Assembly (NCBI GenBank): GCA_964344235.1
Contig: CAYFMJ010000003.1
Location: 16,054 to 80,053 of the forward strand
DNA length: 64,000 bases
Direction: 5' to 3'
Source: an uncultured Methanosarcinales archaeon
GTDB taxonomy: Archaea; Nanobdellota; Nanobdellia; Woesearchaeales; GW2011-AR9
The position numbers and the translations under genes were made by a program. How positions within the stretch are numbered: the first letter of the stretch is position 1; each line of letters opens with the position of its first letter. Under the pieces are notes generated by a model, which worked only from the letters and a program-made list of their open reading frames with translations, ran no database searches and was not told where the DNA came from. Below, piece after piece: positions 38,712 to 48,483 of this stretch.

Positions 38712-38965
38712 ACCCGTTCTCGTTTGTCTATATCTTCAATGTAAACGGTTAAATTTTGATAATTCACAAAGTATAGAATTCTGAAGCTGCCAACTCTCAC
38801 TCTGAATACTTTTGGTTCAGTATAACCTTCAACTCTTTTAGCGTCTGAAGGGAATGGGTTCTCAGCTAATTTCTCGATTGCATTAATAATTCTTTTACGG
38901 TCATTGGCAACTGCTAGCTTCTTCAAAAATCTAGAAGCTTTCTTCTTTAGCTTAACGGAATACAT
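38705..38965 (-). CDS. relE: RelE/ParE-family type II toxin
   Basis: An ~86-aa basic protein with the RelE-like pattern (...KRVEGYTEPKVFRVRVGSFRILYFVNYQNLTVYI). Confidence 0.6.
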   Translation of the reverse strand: MYSVKLKKKASRFLKKLAVANDRKRIINAIEKLAENPFPSDAKRVEGYTEPKVFRVRVGSFRILYFVNYQNLTVYIEDIDKRERVY

Positions 38966-39118
38966 CTAAAGACCAAGTTCTTGCTTAAGGTCTTTCAAAG
39001 AAACAAAATCAGATTCATCGCCGGCTTTGACTTTAGCAATAGATTCGTCCAACATTCTTTTCTCTTCTGCAGACAATTTTGTATCTGGATCTTCTAAGAC
39101 CTTGCCAACTGACGTCAT
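38966..39118 (-). CDS. Putative antitoxin (50 aa) immediately upstream of relE
   Basis: Manual translation MTSVGKVLEDPDTKLSAEEKRMLDESIAKVKAGDESDFVSLKDLKQELGL. Its stop abuts the relE start. Confidence 0.45.
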   Translation of the reverse strand: MTSVGKVLEDPDTKLSAEEKRMLDESIAKVKAGDESDFVSLKDLKQELGL

Positions 39119-39218
39119 GTGAACTAAATAGGCGTTATTCTATAAATATTTATTGCCGATATCGTAACAAAACAATTAAATACCTCTTCTCTCAATCATA
39201 CACAAAAGAGTTGATTAT

Positions 39219-41144
39219 ATGAAATTCCACGATTTTACATTAGATCCATTTCAGGAACAGTCGATTAAAGCGATTGAGAAGAATCATTCTGTTGTTGTTT
39301 CCGCTCCTACAGGAAGTGGAAAGACGTTGGTAGCGGATTATATTATTCATAAAACGTTGAAAGGAAAGAAGCGAATTATTTACACCGCTCCGATTAAAGC
39401 GCTTTCTAACCAGAAATTTAAAGATATCACACGGGAACATGGTGCGGATAAAGTTGGCTTGATGACAGGAGATATAGTCATTAACCCACACGCACAACTG
39501 CTGATTATGACCACTGAGATTTATCGAAATATGGTGGTGAGTAATGATGAGGAAGTGAAAGATGTGGCGTACGTTGTATTTGATGAAGTGCATTACATTA
39601 ATGATATTGAGCGAGGCTATGTGTGGGAGGAATCGATTATCTACAGCCCTGCAATGGTACGGTTTCTTTGTTTATCTGCAACAATTCCAAATGCACAGGA
39701 GTTCGCTGCTTGGATTCAATCGATTAAAAAGCATGAAGTAGAAACGGTTGTAGCAGTAAAAAGAAATGTGCCACTCAAACATATGTTCTATGATTATGAG
39801 TTAGGTATCACAACGTTAGAGAAGATTCGGAAAGCAAAAGATATTCCAGGGTATGATAATGTGTTTCGCAGAAGAGGCAGAAAGCGAGAACGAACACCTG
39901 CTCCTGATCACGTTGCGTTACTAAGAGAGTTGGGAAAAGATAAGTTACCCTGTTTATTCTTCTCATTTTCACGAAGAGATTGCCAGATGAAAGCAGCGGA
40001 GTTAGCGAAGACAAACATGTTCAAACCAGAAAAGAGGATTCAGGAGTTTGTGGCGAAGATGTTACAGGATGCTCCTACTGGAATCACTCAGTTAAAGACA
40101 ACACAGACATTGAGGAGAACAATTGCGAAAGGAATTGCGTTTCACCATGCTGGTTTACTACCAATATTAAAAGAAATTGTAGAGGAATTATTCAGTAGAG
40201 GATGGATTAAAGTTCTCTATACTACCGAAACGTTCGCAGTAGGAATTAACATGCCTGCTAAGACTGTCTGTTTTGCTGCATTGCGGAAGTATGATGGGAT
40301 TAGTTTTAGAGCATTGAATACAAAGGAGTATTTTCAAATTGCAGGAAGAGCTGGGAGAAGAGGTATCGATACGGTTGGGTATGTCGTCAGTATGATTTTC
40401 CGTCCAACGTTTCGATATAGAGAAGTAAAGAAGTTAACTGCGAAAGATGTAGAACCAATTAAATCACAGTTTAAGTTAGGTGTGAATACAGTATTGAATT
40501 TAATTGATCAGAAAACGCCGGAAGAGATTGAACATATTTTACGGTTGAGTTTCTTTTCGTATCAGAAATTTGGAGAGGAATATGAAACGATTCCAACGAA
40601 GAAGTTGTTAGCTCGGTACAATAGTATTCGACGAAAGTTGGAGAAGTTACAATATGTTGTTGATGGGAAATTAACAGCAAAAGGACAATTCTCTTCCAAA
40701 ATATTTGCCCATGAGATTGCGATAGGAGAAATCTTTGCAACCCCTATAAACAGTAAGTTAGATGAGTATCAGATTTTATTGGTATTAGCTGCATTAGTGT
40801 ATGAACCTCGTGATACGTATAAGTTTAAACAGAAATTCCGCAATGAAGCTCTGAAGAAGTTGAAGATTATTTTGCGAAAGAATGAGTTTCTGGCAAAGGA
40901 GAAACATTTACTTGAGTTGGATACGATGACGACGATCATTAATCCAATGTATAATGGGAAAACGTTTTTTGAAGTGCTTGAGTTAACAAATTTATTAGAG
41001 GGCGATTTGATTCGGTTGTATTTGCAAGTGTTAGATCGGTTAGGGCAAATTAGAAAAGCGTCGACTGATCATAAATTGTTAGCGAAAGTTGAGAATTGTG
41101 AAGGGATTGTGCATAAGATTCTGGAAGGGATTTATGAGATTTAG
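39219..41144 (+). CDS. Ski2-like/DEAD-DEAH (DEVH) box SF2 helicase
   Basis: Walker A APTGSGKT, DEVH box (VVFDEVHYI), SAT motif LSAT, and HAGL/QIAGRAGRRG motifs. Confidence 0.8.
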   Translation: MKFHDFTLDPFQEQSIKAIEKNHSVVVSAPTGSGKTLVADYIIHKTLKGKKRIIYTAPIKALSNQKFKDITREHGADKVGLMTGDIVINPHAQLLIMTTEIYRNMVVSNDEEVKDVAYVVFDEVHYINDIERGYVWEESIIYSPAMVRFLCLSATIPNAQEFAAWIQSIKKHEVETVVAVKRNVPLKHMFYDYELGITTLEKIRKAKDIPGYDNVFRRRGRKRERTPAPDHVALLRELGKDKLPCLFFSFSRRDCQMKAAELAKTNMFKPEKRIQEFVAKMLQDAPTGITQLKTTQTLRRTIAKGIAFHHAGLLPILKEIVEELFSRGWIKVLYTTETFAVGINMPAKTVCFAALRKYDGISFRALNTKEYFQIAGRAGRRGIDTVGYVVSMIFRPTFRYREVKKLTAKDVEPIKSQFKLGVNTVLNLIDQKTPEEIEHILRLSFFSYQKFGEEYETIPTKKLLARYNSIRRKLEKLQYVVDGKLTAKGQFSSKIFAHEIAIGEIFATPINSKLDEYQILLVLAALVYEPRDTYKFKQKFRNEALKKLKIILRKNEFLAKEKHLLELDTMTTIINPMYNGKTFFEVLELTNLLEGDLIRLYLQVLDRLGQIRKASTDHKLLAKVENCEGIVHKILEGIYEI

Positions 41145-41204
41145 TTTGTATCCACTGGCAAGTTACATTTTTTAAGCAAATTTTATAAAAAAATAATCAT
41201 TCTT

Positions 41205-41780
41205 ATGCGTAAAATGTCAAAGGAAGACCATAGTGGAAATGTTTTAAGAAGACTTGATGCAACTCCCTACAACGACAACATATGTCCTGAAGCTGAAGGA
41301 ACATTTAGAGGAGACTTAGTTGCTGCTATAACACTTCGAAATAATCTGGGAGATACTACATTTGCACCTTATGTTAACCCTGATTATGTTCGCGGACAAG
41401 TTGTATCTGCTGCACCGTTTCCAAACCAAGTTAGGGATCCAATGTTTAGTACTAGAGAAGTATATTACGGTTCACATTTTGCATTTCTCGTTCGTCCGGT
41501 AGATGAGGGGGGGCGCTCTACTCAACGATTTTATGGAGTACCGTTAGTGATGCAGGACATAGTCTCTTTAGAGGATAGTGGAATTCTCGATCGGGAAATT
41601 AGTACGGTTCGAGTACAGGGAAACCTTACAGTTAGGGATGATAAACTTCTTGGCTATTTAAGTGAAATTGCTGGTGAAAGCGAACCCAGGAGACGTAATC
41701 AGGACGTTCTATTAAATCTAACCTATAGACAATTTTCGAAGCTTATGAAAGGGAAGAAAGCCCGCCCTTCGAAGGGGTAG
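41205..41780 (+). CDS. Hypothetical protein (Gly/Arg/Val-rich, atypical composition)
   Basis: ORF only. Confidence 0.35.
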   Translation: MRKMSKEDHSGNVLRRLDATPYNDNICPEAEGTFRGDLVAAITLRNNLGDTTFAPYVNPDYVRGQVVSAAPFPNQVRDPMFSTREVYYGSHFAFLVRPVDEGGRSTQRFYGVPLVMQDIVSLEDSGILDREISTVRVQGNLTVRDDKLLGYLSEIAGESEPRRRNQDVLLNLTYRQFSKLMKGKKARPSKG

Positions 41781-41881
41781 AAGTACAGAGAGTCACGGCA
41801 TTAATTCCGGTTAACGGGGCTGCATACCAAACCGAGGCACGAGGTTTTGCAATACAAACAGACTCCGAAGAACAACATTCG

Positions 41882-42322
41882 ATGTGTTTTGCCTATGGAA
41901 TTGGAGATACGGTCTTCCGGGGTAGACCAATCGTGGGAGGGGGCACTGCAAACTTCGGAAATGGGAGAGCATTAACAGATATTGATTCTGGAGGAAGAGA
42001 AGCCTTTTTTGATGTTAGAACTTTACAAGATCATGGCGGTTCTGGTGGGGAAGCTGCTGTTGGGAATCTCGTTGTCGTAGCACTGCCATTAGTTGGTGAA
42101 AAAAGAGTTCCGCCACCATCTTTACGCACGCCTAGTACCCACTCTCTTACGATGGGAGTAGATCTTGCTCAGCTGGCAACCGGGAGGAGGACGGGGACTT
42201 CAAGCAGATTGGTCCCTGGAACATTTGATACAACAAGAAGAATTAGTATCATGGATGTAAGACTTCTCACAGTAAGCCCCGAGGAAATGATTCCCGAAGG
42301 CATTGAAATGTTGCTTAGTTAA
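41882..42322 (+). CDS. Hypothetical Gly-rich protein; its 3' end overlaps thrS convergently
   Basis: ORF only; higher local GC. Confidence 0.3.
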   Translation: MCFAYGIGDTVFRGRPIVGGGTANFGNGRALTDIDSGGREAFFDVRTLQDHGGSGGEAAVGNLVVVALPLVGEKRVPPPSLRTPSTHSLTMGVDLAQLATGRRTGTSSRLVPGTFDTTRRISIMDVRLLTVSPEEMIPEGIEMLLS

Positions 42323-44483
42323 TGGATCTCCCTTCAATTTCTTTTACTACATCAGCAATAAAATCTTTGGTGGGCATGTCGAACTTTGTTTCGCCGTTGC
42401 GTAATCGAACTGCAACGGTGTTGTTCTCTTGCTCTTTATCGCCAATCGTCACAATATAATTAACGTGTTCCATTTGGGCATCACGAACTTTCTTGCCCAT
42501 AGATTCAACACGATCGTCTAACTCAACTCGAATGCCAACCAATTTCATTTCAGTTACCAATTTCTCTGCTGCGTCTTTGTTTCTATCGGTAATCGTTAAC
42601 ACTTTAACTTGCACAGGAGATAACCACGTGGGGAATTTACCGGCAAAATGTTCGATCAAGACAGACATAAATCGTTCTAAAGATCCAGAAATAGCACGGT
42701 GAATCATCACGGGCCGTTCTTTCACGCCTTCTTTATTCATGTAATGTAATTCAAATCGCTCAGGCAGGTTGAAATCTAATTGAACTGTAGCAAGTTGCCA
42801 TTCTCTTCCTAAAGCATCTTTAAACATGAAGTCTAATTTAGGACCGTAAAATGCTGCTTCTCCCAGAATTTTTTTGAATGGTAAGTTGTTTTCTTGTGCA
42901 GCTTCTTCTAATGAAGATTCAGCGATGTTCCATACTTTTTCTTCACCGAGGTATTTTGACTTGTCCTCTCCTCGAACGGAAAGCGATACCCAGTAATCTT
43001 TATCCATACCAAGTGTTTTATAGAATTGTAAGATGATGTTCACGATCGTTTTTACTTCTTGTTTAATCTGATCTATTCGACAGAAGATATGGCCATCATC
43101 CTGTGTAATGGAACGTACACGAGATAATCCAGTCAATTGACCTGCTTTCTCATCTCTGTATACGGTTGTTGGTTCAAAGAATCGGATTGGAAGGTCACGG
43201 TAGCTGTAGTTAAAGTTGTCAAAAATTTGAATGTGGTGAGGACAGTTCATTGGTTTCATCACAAAATTTTCATGTGCTCCTTTCACGTGGAATAGTTCTT
43301 CACCGAATTTATCCCAATGGCCTGACTTTTTGTAGAGGGAATCTTTGGCAATATGGGGAATAGATACTTTTTGATAGCCTTTGTCTTGATGGAGAGACCA
43401 AAGGAAGTCCGTAATTGCATCTTTGATAATCATTCCTTTTGGTGCGATTAATGGTAAACCAGCTCCTACTAAGTCAGATACTAAGAAGAGGCCCTGCTCT
43501 TTTCCAATCTTTAAATGGGAACGATTTGCTGCAGCTTCTTGTTCTTTTTTGTATTCCTGTAATTTTTCTTGTGAGTCAAATGCAACCAAATTAATACGGG
43601 TTAATTGTGTATTTTTCTCATTATTTTTCCAATACGCGCTAGAGATGGAGAGTAATTTTATTGCATTGATTGGCGTTGTGGTGAAAGGTTTAGGGAATAA
43701 TGGGGTGACTGTTGTGTTTGCTGCAGTATAGAAAGTTGGTTCTTTCAAATCGTGAGCGATTTGTTGCTGTAATCCGGTTGGATTCCCTTCTGGTTGGAAT
43801 GTTGTGTCTTTCCGTAGTTCTTTAACTTTCTTTGTAATTCTATTAAGGTCGTCCTGTCGTAGTTTAACGTTAGAGACGTCAACATATGCTTGATCGTGAT
43901 AAAAGCCAACAGCGCCCATTTCAGCATTTTCATATAATTGTGTTACGGCGATTCCTGTTAGGTAGGCAGCGGTTAATTTTACTTTTTGATCATCTGTTAA
44001 TGCTTCTGTGTTAAATGTGAACGGCTCGTCTTTGTAATCTCTCTTGAGAGAGGTTGCTTGTTCTTCACCGCTAAATTCCCTACTTAATTCTGATAATGGA
44101 TGGCCTTTACATGCAATAGTGAAAGATTTATACCAGCCAAAAGGCGCTCGATAGACAGAGAATTTTTGCTGTAGTTCCTGTTGTGCGTCTTTGAGAAATT
44201 GTTCCGCTATTTTAGGAGATGCTAAGTCTGAACTCAGATGTGCGTACGGGTACAAAACAATATGTTGTGGATTAACTTGCTGCGCAATATTTTTGATTTC
44301 CTGCAAATAGCGTTTCATCACTGCTTCTATGTTCTTCTCATCTCGCTTTTCAACAGCGGTGAAGATAACTAAACATTCTTCTACTTTTTCCTGTTCTGTG
44401 GAGATATTTTCCTCAGCGCCTTTGAAGGCCTGCTTTTTCGCTTGAAATTCGATGAAATCTGCGTGGATTGCTAGGATTTTCAT
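42315..44483 (-). CDS. thrS: Threonine--tRNA ligase, archaeal type with the N-terminal archaea-specific editing domain
   Basis: N-terminal MKILAIHADFIEF...VIFTAVEKRDE, class II motif 3 HRAISGSLERF, and a C-terminal anticodon-binding domain. Confidence 0.85.
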   Translation of the reverse strand: MKILAIHADFIEFQAKKQAFKGAEENISTEQEKVEECLVIFTAVEKRDEKNIEAVMKRYLQEIKNIAQQVNPQHIVLYPYAHLSSDLASPKIAEQFLKDAQQELQQKFSVYRAPFGWYKSFTIACKGHPLSELSREFSGEEQATSLKRDYKDEPFTFNTEALTDDQKVKLTAAYLTGIAVTQLYENAEMGAVGFYHDQAYVDVSNVKLRQDDLNRITKKVKELRKDTTFQPEGNPTGLQQQIAHDLKEPTFYTAANTTVTPLFPKPFTTTPINAIKLLSISSAYWKNNEKNTQLTRINLVAFDSQEKLQEYKKEQEAAANRSHLKIGKEQGLFLVSDLVGAGLPLIAPKGMIIKDAITDFLWSLHQDKGYQKVSIPHIAKDSLYKKSGHWDKFGEELFHVKGAHENFVMKPMNCPHHIQIFDNFNYSYRDLPIRFFEPTTVYRDEKAGQLTGLSRVRSITQDDGHIFCRIDQIKQEVKTIVNIILQFYKTLGMDKDYWVSLSVRGEDKSKYLGEEKVWNIAESSLEEAAQENNLPFKKILGEAAFYGPKLDFMFKDALGREWQLATVQLDFNLPERFELHYMNKEGVKERPVMIHRAISGSLERFMSVLIEHFAGKFPTWLSPVQVKVLTITDRNKDAAEKLVTEMKLVGIRVELDDRVESMGKKVRDAQMEHVNYIVTIGDKEQENNTVAVRLRNGETKFDMPTKDFIADVVKEIEGRSIN

Positions 44484-44592
44484 ATTGTGGTGGGAGTAGA
44501 GAGGAGTTTAAAAAGATAGCGGGGGAAGAAGTGACTACTTTTTAGGGGTTAATTGGGAAAATTTTATAAAATAAGCCCATTTGTAATGTATT

Positions 44593-44856
44593 ATGGTTAA
44601 TAGTTCCGATATCCCTCGAAACGCAATACATGCCTCTGCTAGTCCGGGAGATGTGGTTGAAGTTCTCTTTCAAACACCTGATGGAATGGAGAGGTTTTAT
44701 TTCACAGAAGAAGGTTTAGTCAACCCTTTTGGAGCAGCATATCCTCACACTGGAACTCCAACCATTTCATTAGATGGAGTTGTTGTAGAAGGTGATGGCA
44801 GGGAATATCATTCCGGGGAGGAAGGATTTCACTTGCAGAGTATATCGCTTATATAA
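44593..44856 (+). CDS. Hypothetical protein ending 2 nt before the island's left repeat cluster
   Basis: ORF only. Composition resembles the fragmentary ORF at the island's right flank. Confidence 0.35.
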   Translation: MVNSSDIPRNAIHASASPGDVVEVLFQTPDGMERFYFTEEGLVNPFGAAYPHTGTPTISLDGVVVEGDGREYHSGEEGFHLQSISLI

Positions 44857-44977
44857 ATTTTTCGTTACTTATGAGTGAAAAAAGTCACGAATCCCCAAAA
44901 ATTCGTTTTTCATTACTTTAAGTGGTTACAGAGTGCCGAGATTTTCGTTACTTTTTTGCCAAAAAGAGGTGAAAAAG

Positions 44978-45298
44978 ATGACTGACACGACCAAATTGTA
45001 CCATGAATTGCTAGAAAAGAGCGTATATGCGGTTCTCAGGGGAAACCTGCAGCGAAATGGCCTTCTGATGGAAGAAACAGATCAGACTGTCAAAATTATA
45101 GGGAATTCTAGAATTTCTATTATCCCCAAAGCGGAGATAATTGTTATAGACCTAGATAAGGAAGGGGCAGATATTACGCCAGAACAACAGACAGAGCTGC
45201 AGAAGATCAAAGCCTATCTTGAAGAGAAAAATAGGGCTACCAGGGAGAAAATAAAGGGGGATAATGAACCCCAATTTTCACTTAATAACTCAAGTTAA
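44978..45298 (+). CDS. Hypothetical protein, first gene of the island
   Basis: ATG at 44978 follows GAGGTG. The track start (GTG at 44933) lies inside the boundary motif. Confidence 0.4.
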   Translation: MTDTTKLYHELLEKSVYAVLRGNLQRNGLLMEETDQTVKIIGNSRISIIPKAEIIVIDLDKEGADITPEQQTELQKIKAYLEEKNRATREKIKGDNEPQFSLNNSS

Positions 45299-45517
45299 TA
45301 CAATTTCAGGACTAAACGGTATGTAGTCGGATTTTGCGGTTACATATCAAAAAGAGGTGGTAAAGGAGGCTTCAACAATAGATTTGAGGCTAAAAAAAAG
45401 AGCATTTTGTGGAGCATTTTGCTCAACTTGTCTTGAAAATTAACAAAAATTCACAACACCATCAAGGCTCGCTGAGAAATATGAAGTTGAGTTATTAACA
45501 AAAAAGAGGTATCAAAT

Positions 45518-45820
45518 GTGGGTAAACCAAAGAAGTATGATGTAAGAAGTATCAATTTTGGCGAAGTAGGCCATCCAGCCAGGATATTAGTAGATAAATT
45601 CGTTAGTTTGCATGGAAAAACTGCACTTTCTCGCTTAATTAGACGTCTAGTGATGATCTATCTTATGGAAAAGCCAGAGTATAGAGATTGGAAGGCTCAG
45701 AAGCTCATCTATGAGAGAAAAGAGCTAGGAAAGAAAGTTGCTCAGATCTTGGAAAGAAGGAGAAAGGTGGACGAAGAATTGAGAGACCTTGGAGTGAATC
45801 CAGATGAACTGATTTACTGA
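45518..45820 (+). CDS. Small basic protein, possible DNA-binding
   Basis: GTG start after GAGGT; Lys/Arg-rich helical C-terminus. Confidence 0.35.
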   Translation: MGKPKKYDVRSINFGEVGHPARILVDKFVSLHGKTALSRLIRRLVMIYLMEKPEYRDWKAQKLIYERKELGKKVAQILERRRKVDEELRDLGVNPDELIY

Positions 45821-45982
45821 AAATGAAGGGGCTAAAACGATTCAAATGTGGGCACTGCTCAAGGAAATACACGGGCCTGAATAAATGGATCTTCAAGCAT
45901 TTGGAGAAAAAACATCCTGACAAACCACCAAGGGCGCGTGCAATTGACCTAAAATTTAGGTATCATCACGGAGGATAGAACA

Positions 45983-46390
45983 ATGAAGGAAGATGAAAAA
46001 ATAAAACAAGATTTCAACCAGAGAGTTCCAATCAATTTAGTTGACGAGCTTCTAATACTACCAGGAGACATGAAGTCTAAAGAGAATAAGATTCAAGCTA
46101 TAAAATTCAAAATAGCAGACCTTAAGAAAAAAGTTGAGAAGTGGGAGTTAAATGAACTAGAGAAAATTTATCTTCAGGTTGGCAGTGATGGAAAAAGAGT
46201 TTATTCTAATGAGAAGCTAAGGGAAGCAGAACTAGAGCGAAGAAAAGATGCTTCTCCTGAGATTAAGAAATTATACGCAGAATTGTATGAGAATGAAATC
46301 AAGCTAGAATCTGAATTAATCGAATTTCGATATATGGATCGCAGATATAGTGCACTTAGAAACATTGCTAACATATTTTGTACTAGATAA
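45983..46390 (+). CDS. Coiled-coil protein
   Basis: Heptad-rich K/E sequence. Confidence 0.35.
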   Translation: MKEDEKIKQDFNQRVPINLVDELLILPGDMKSKENKIQAIKFKIADLKKKVEKWELNELEKIYLQVGSDGKRVYSNEKLREAELERRKDASPEIKKLYAELYENEIKLESELIEFRYMDRRYSALRNIANIFCTR

Positions 46391-46392
46391 AA

Positions 46393-47748
46393 ATGGAAAA
46401 CGAATCAATCAAAAGCATGAGGATAGAGAAGTTGAGCATAAGTTCTATTACTCCGGCCAATTATAATCCTAGAAAGATAAGTCCAGATGAACTTAACAAG
46501 TTAAGGAATAGCATACAGAAGTTTGGTTATGTTGAACCTATAATCTACAATAAGAGAACAGGGAAAATAGTTGGGGGACATCAAAGATTCAAGATACTTA
46601 AAGAAATTCTTGCTCCTGAAGAGCTCGTAGATGTTGTTATTGTTGATTTGGATGAGAATGAAGAAAAAACCCTTAACGTTGCGCTGAATAGAATTGGTGG
46701 AGAGTGGGATGACAATAAGTTATCAGAATTACTAAAGAATATTCACGATAATGAAGAAGACCTGCTAGAATTTACTGGGTTTAATGATAAAGAAATTGAA
46801 CTCCTTTTGAATCAATTAGAATACGAAGACATATCCAAGGAAGAGAGATTTTTTTCCATCAATAGGGAAGACATCAAAGAATCAAAAATAAAGACAGGGG
46901 ACATAGTTGTTCTAAATGATAAGCACAAAATAATTTGCGGCGATTCTTCTGATTCTTCAATATTCAAAAAATTATTTGTTAATAGAAAATTTGATTTAAT
47001 GGTGACTAGTCCGCCATATAATGTAAACATTGCTTATGGTAAATATAAAGATAACAAGAAATGGAATGAATACATTGACTTGATAAAAAAGATTTTTGAT
47101 AATTCTAAACAATTCTTGAACGATTACAGATTTTTATGCATCAATATTGGTGATATGACGAAGAACAATTTATCTGCTCATTATAGCATAATATTGGAGA
47201 ATCTTGATTACAAATACTGTAAAACAATCTATTGGGTCAAACCTTCTGCCTCAGCAAGAGGAACAAATGTATTGAAAACTCCCTATCCGCGATGGTATAG
47301 GCCAAAGGTCAACACGGAAACAATCTTGGTTTATGAATTTGGAGAAAAAGAACCAGAGATAGCTAATGTGATGTTGACATACTCAAAAGGAGAACTAACT
47401 TCTAAAACTAAGCCGGACAAAGGAGAAGCACAGGTAATTAGCAAGAGGTTGCTGAAACAATTTTTGACTAATGTTTGGTACATGCAACCTGAGACTACGC
47501 TCAGCAGAGATCATCCCGCACCTTATCCTGTTCAGTTACCTCTTAATTGTCTTAAGTTTTTCAGTTTGGAGAACGAAAGGGTATTTGATCCTTTTACTGG
47601 AAGCGGAACTAGTTTGCTAGCAGCCGATCTTCTTGGACGGGAATTTTACGGTATAGAGTTAGATCCAAAATATGTTCAGTTGGTGATTGAGCGATATAAG
47701 AGGTATAAACCTGAATCAAAGATTGAGATAATAAAAAATGAAAATTGA
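46393..47748 (+). CDS. ParB-like nuclease domain fused to a beta-class N6-adenine/N4-cytosine DNA methyltransferase
   Basis: N-terminal ParB box (IVGGHQRF); MTase motif IV SPPY before motif I FDPFTGSGTS (beta-class order). Confidence 0.75.
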   Translation: MENESIKSMRIEKLSISSITPANYNPRKISPDELNKLRNSIQKFGYVEPIIYNKRTGKIVGGHQRFKILKEILAPEELVDVVIVDLDENEEKTLNVALNRIGGEWDDNKLSELLKNIHDNEEDLLEFTGFNDKEIELLLNQLEYEDISKEERFFSINREDIKESKIKTGDIVVLNDKHKIICGDSSDSSIFKKLFVNRKFDLMVTSPPYNVNIAYGKYKDNKKWNEYIDLIKKIFDNSKQFLNDYRFLCINIGDMTKNNLSAHYSIILENLDYKYCKTIYWVKPSASARGTNVLKTPYPRWYRPKVNTETILVYEFGEKEPEIANVMLTYSKGELTSKTKPDKGEAQVISKRLLKQFLTNVWYMQPETTLSRDHPAPYPVQLPLNCLKFFSLENERVFDPFTGSGTSLLAADLLGREFYGIELDPKYVQLVIERYKRYKPESKIEIIKNEN

Positions 47749-48481
47749 AGAAGGAGATTTAGTTTATTTGGATAAGCACAGGCTTTTATGTGGAAATAGT
47801 TTGAAGTATTCAGTATTAAAAAAGTTACTTGGTGACAAAAAAGTTTCTATGTTGTTTACGGATCCACCTTATAATATAAGTTATGTTCCGGAAGATAGAC
47901 CAATTGGGGGCCGGAGAAGGTCAAAAAATAAACTTGGCGGGATTATTGGTGATACTAACTTTGATTTTAATAAATTTTTCAAGATTCTTGAGATTGGTTT
48001 TATAAAAGGAGCCATCTACGTTTGTGGGAGCACAAAGAACTACTGCGATGTTTACAAATGGATGACTAATTTCTTTGACAGAGAACCGATTGTAATTGTT
48101 TGGAACAAGAATAACTACAGCATTGGAAGAAGAGATTATCATAGACAACACGAATTTCTATTTTACTCTTGGTTTAAAGAAAAGGTTTGGAATGGTGACA
48201 AGGAAAGAAATCAGTCTGATGTTTGGAATGTTAAAAGAGTTCCATCAACAAAATACATTCATCCTACTCAGAAACCAGTTATCTTAGTTAAGAAAGCTAT
48301 TTTGAACAGCAGCAACAAAGGGGAGATTGTTCTAGATTTATTTGGCGGTAGCGGAAGCACTTTGATAGCAGCTGAATCGTCTGGAAGGATATGTTATACT
48401 GTCGAATTGGATCCTCATTATTGCGAGAAGATGGTAGAGCGATGGGAAGCATTTACTGGAAAAAAAGCGGTTAAGGTCTGA
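47738..48481 (+). CDS. Beta-class N6-adenine/N4-cytosine DNA methyltransferase (second, tandem copy)
   Basis: Motif IV DPPY (LFTDPPYNI) then motif I DLFGGSGST. Its N-terminus parallels the MTase half of the preceding gene. Confidence 0.75.
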   Translation: MKIEEGDLVYLDKHRLLCGNSLKYSVLKKLLGDKKVSMLFTDPPYNISYVPEDRPIGGRRRSKNKLGGIIGDTNFDFNKFFKILEIGFIKGAIYVCGSTKNYCDVYKWMTNFFDREPIVIVWNKNNYSIGRRDYHRQHEFLFYSWFKEKVWNGDKERNQSDVWNVKRVPSTKYIHPTQKPVILVKKAILNSSNKGEIVLDLFGGSGSTLIAAESSGRICYTVELDPHYCEKMVERWEAFTGKKAVKV

Positions 48482-48483
48482 AA

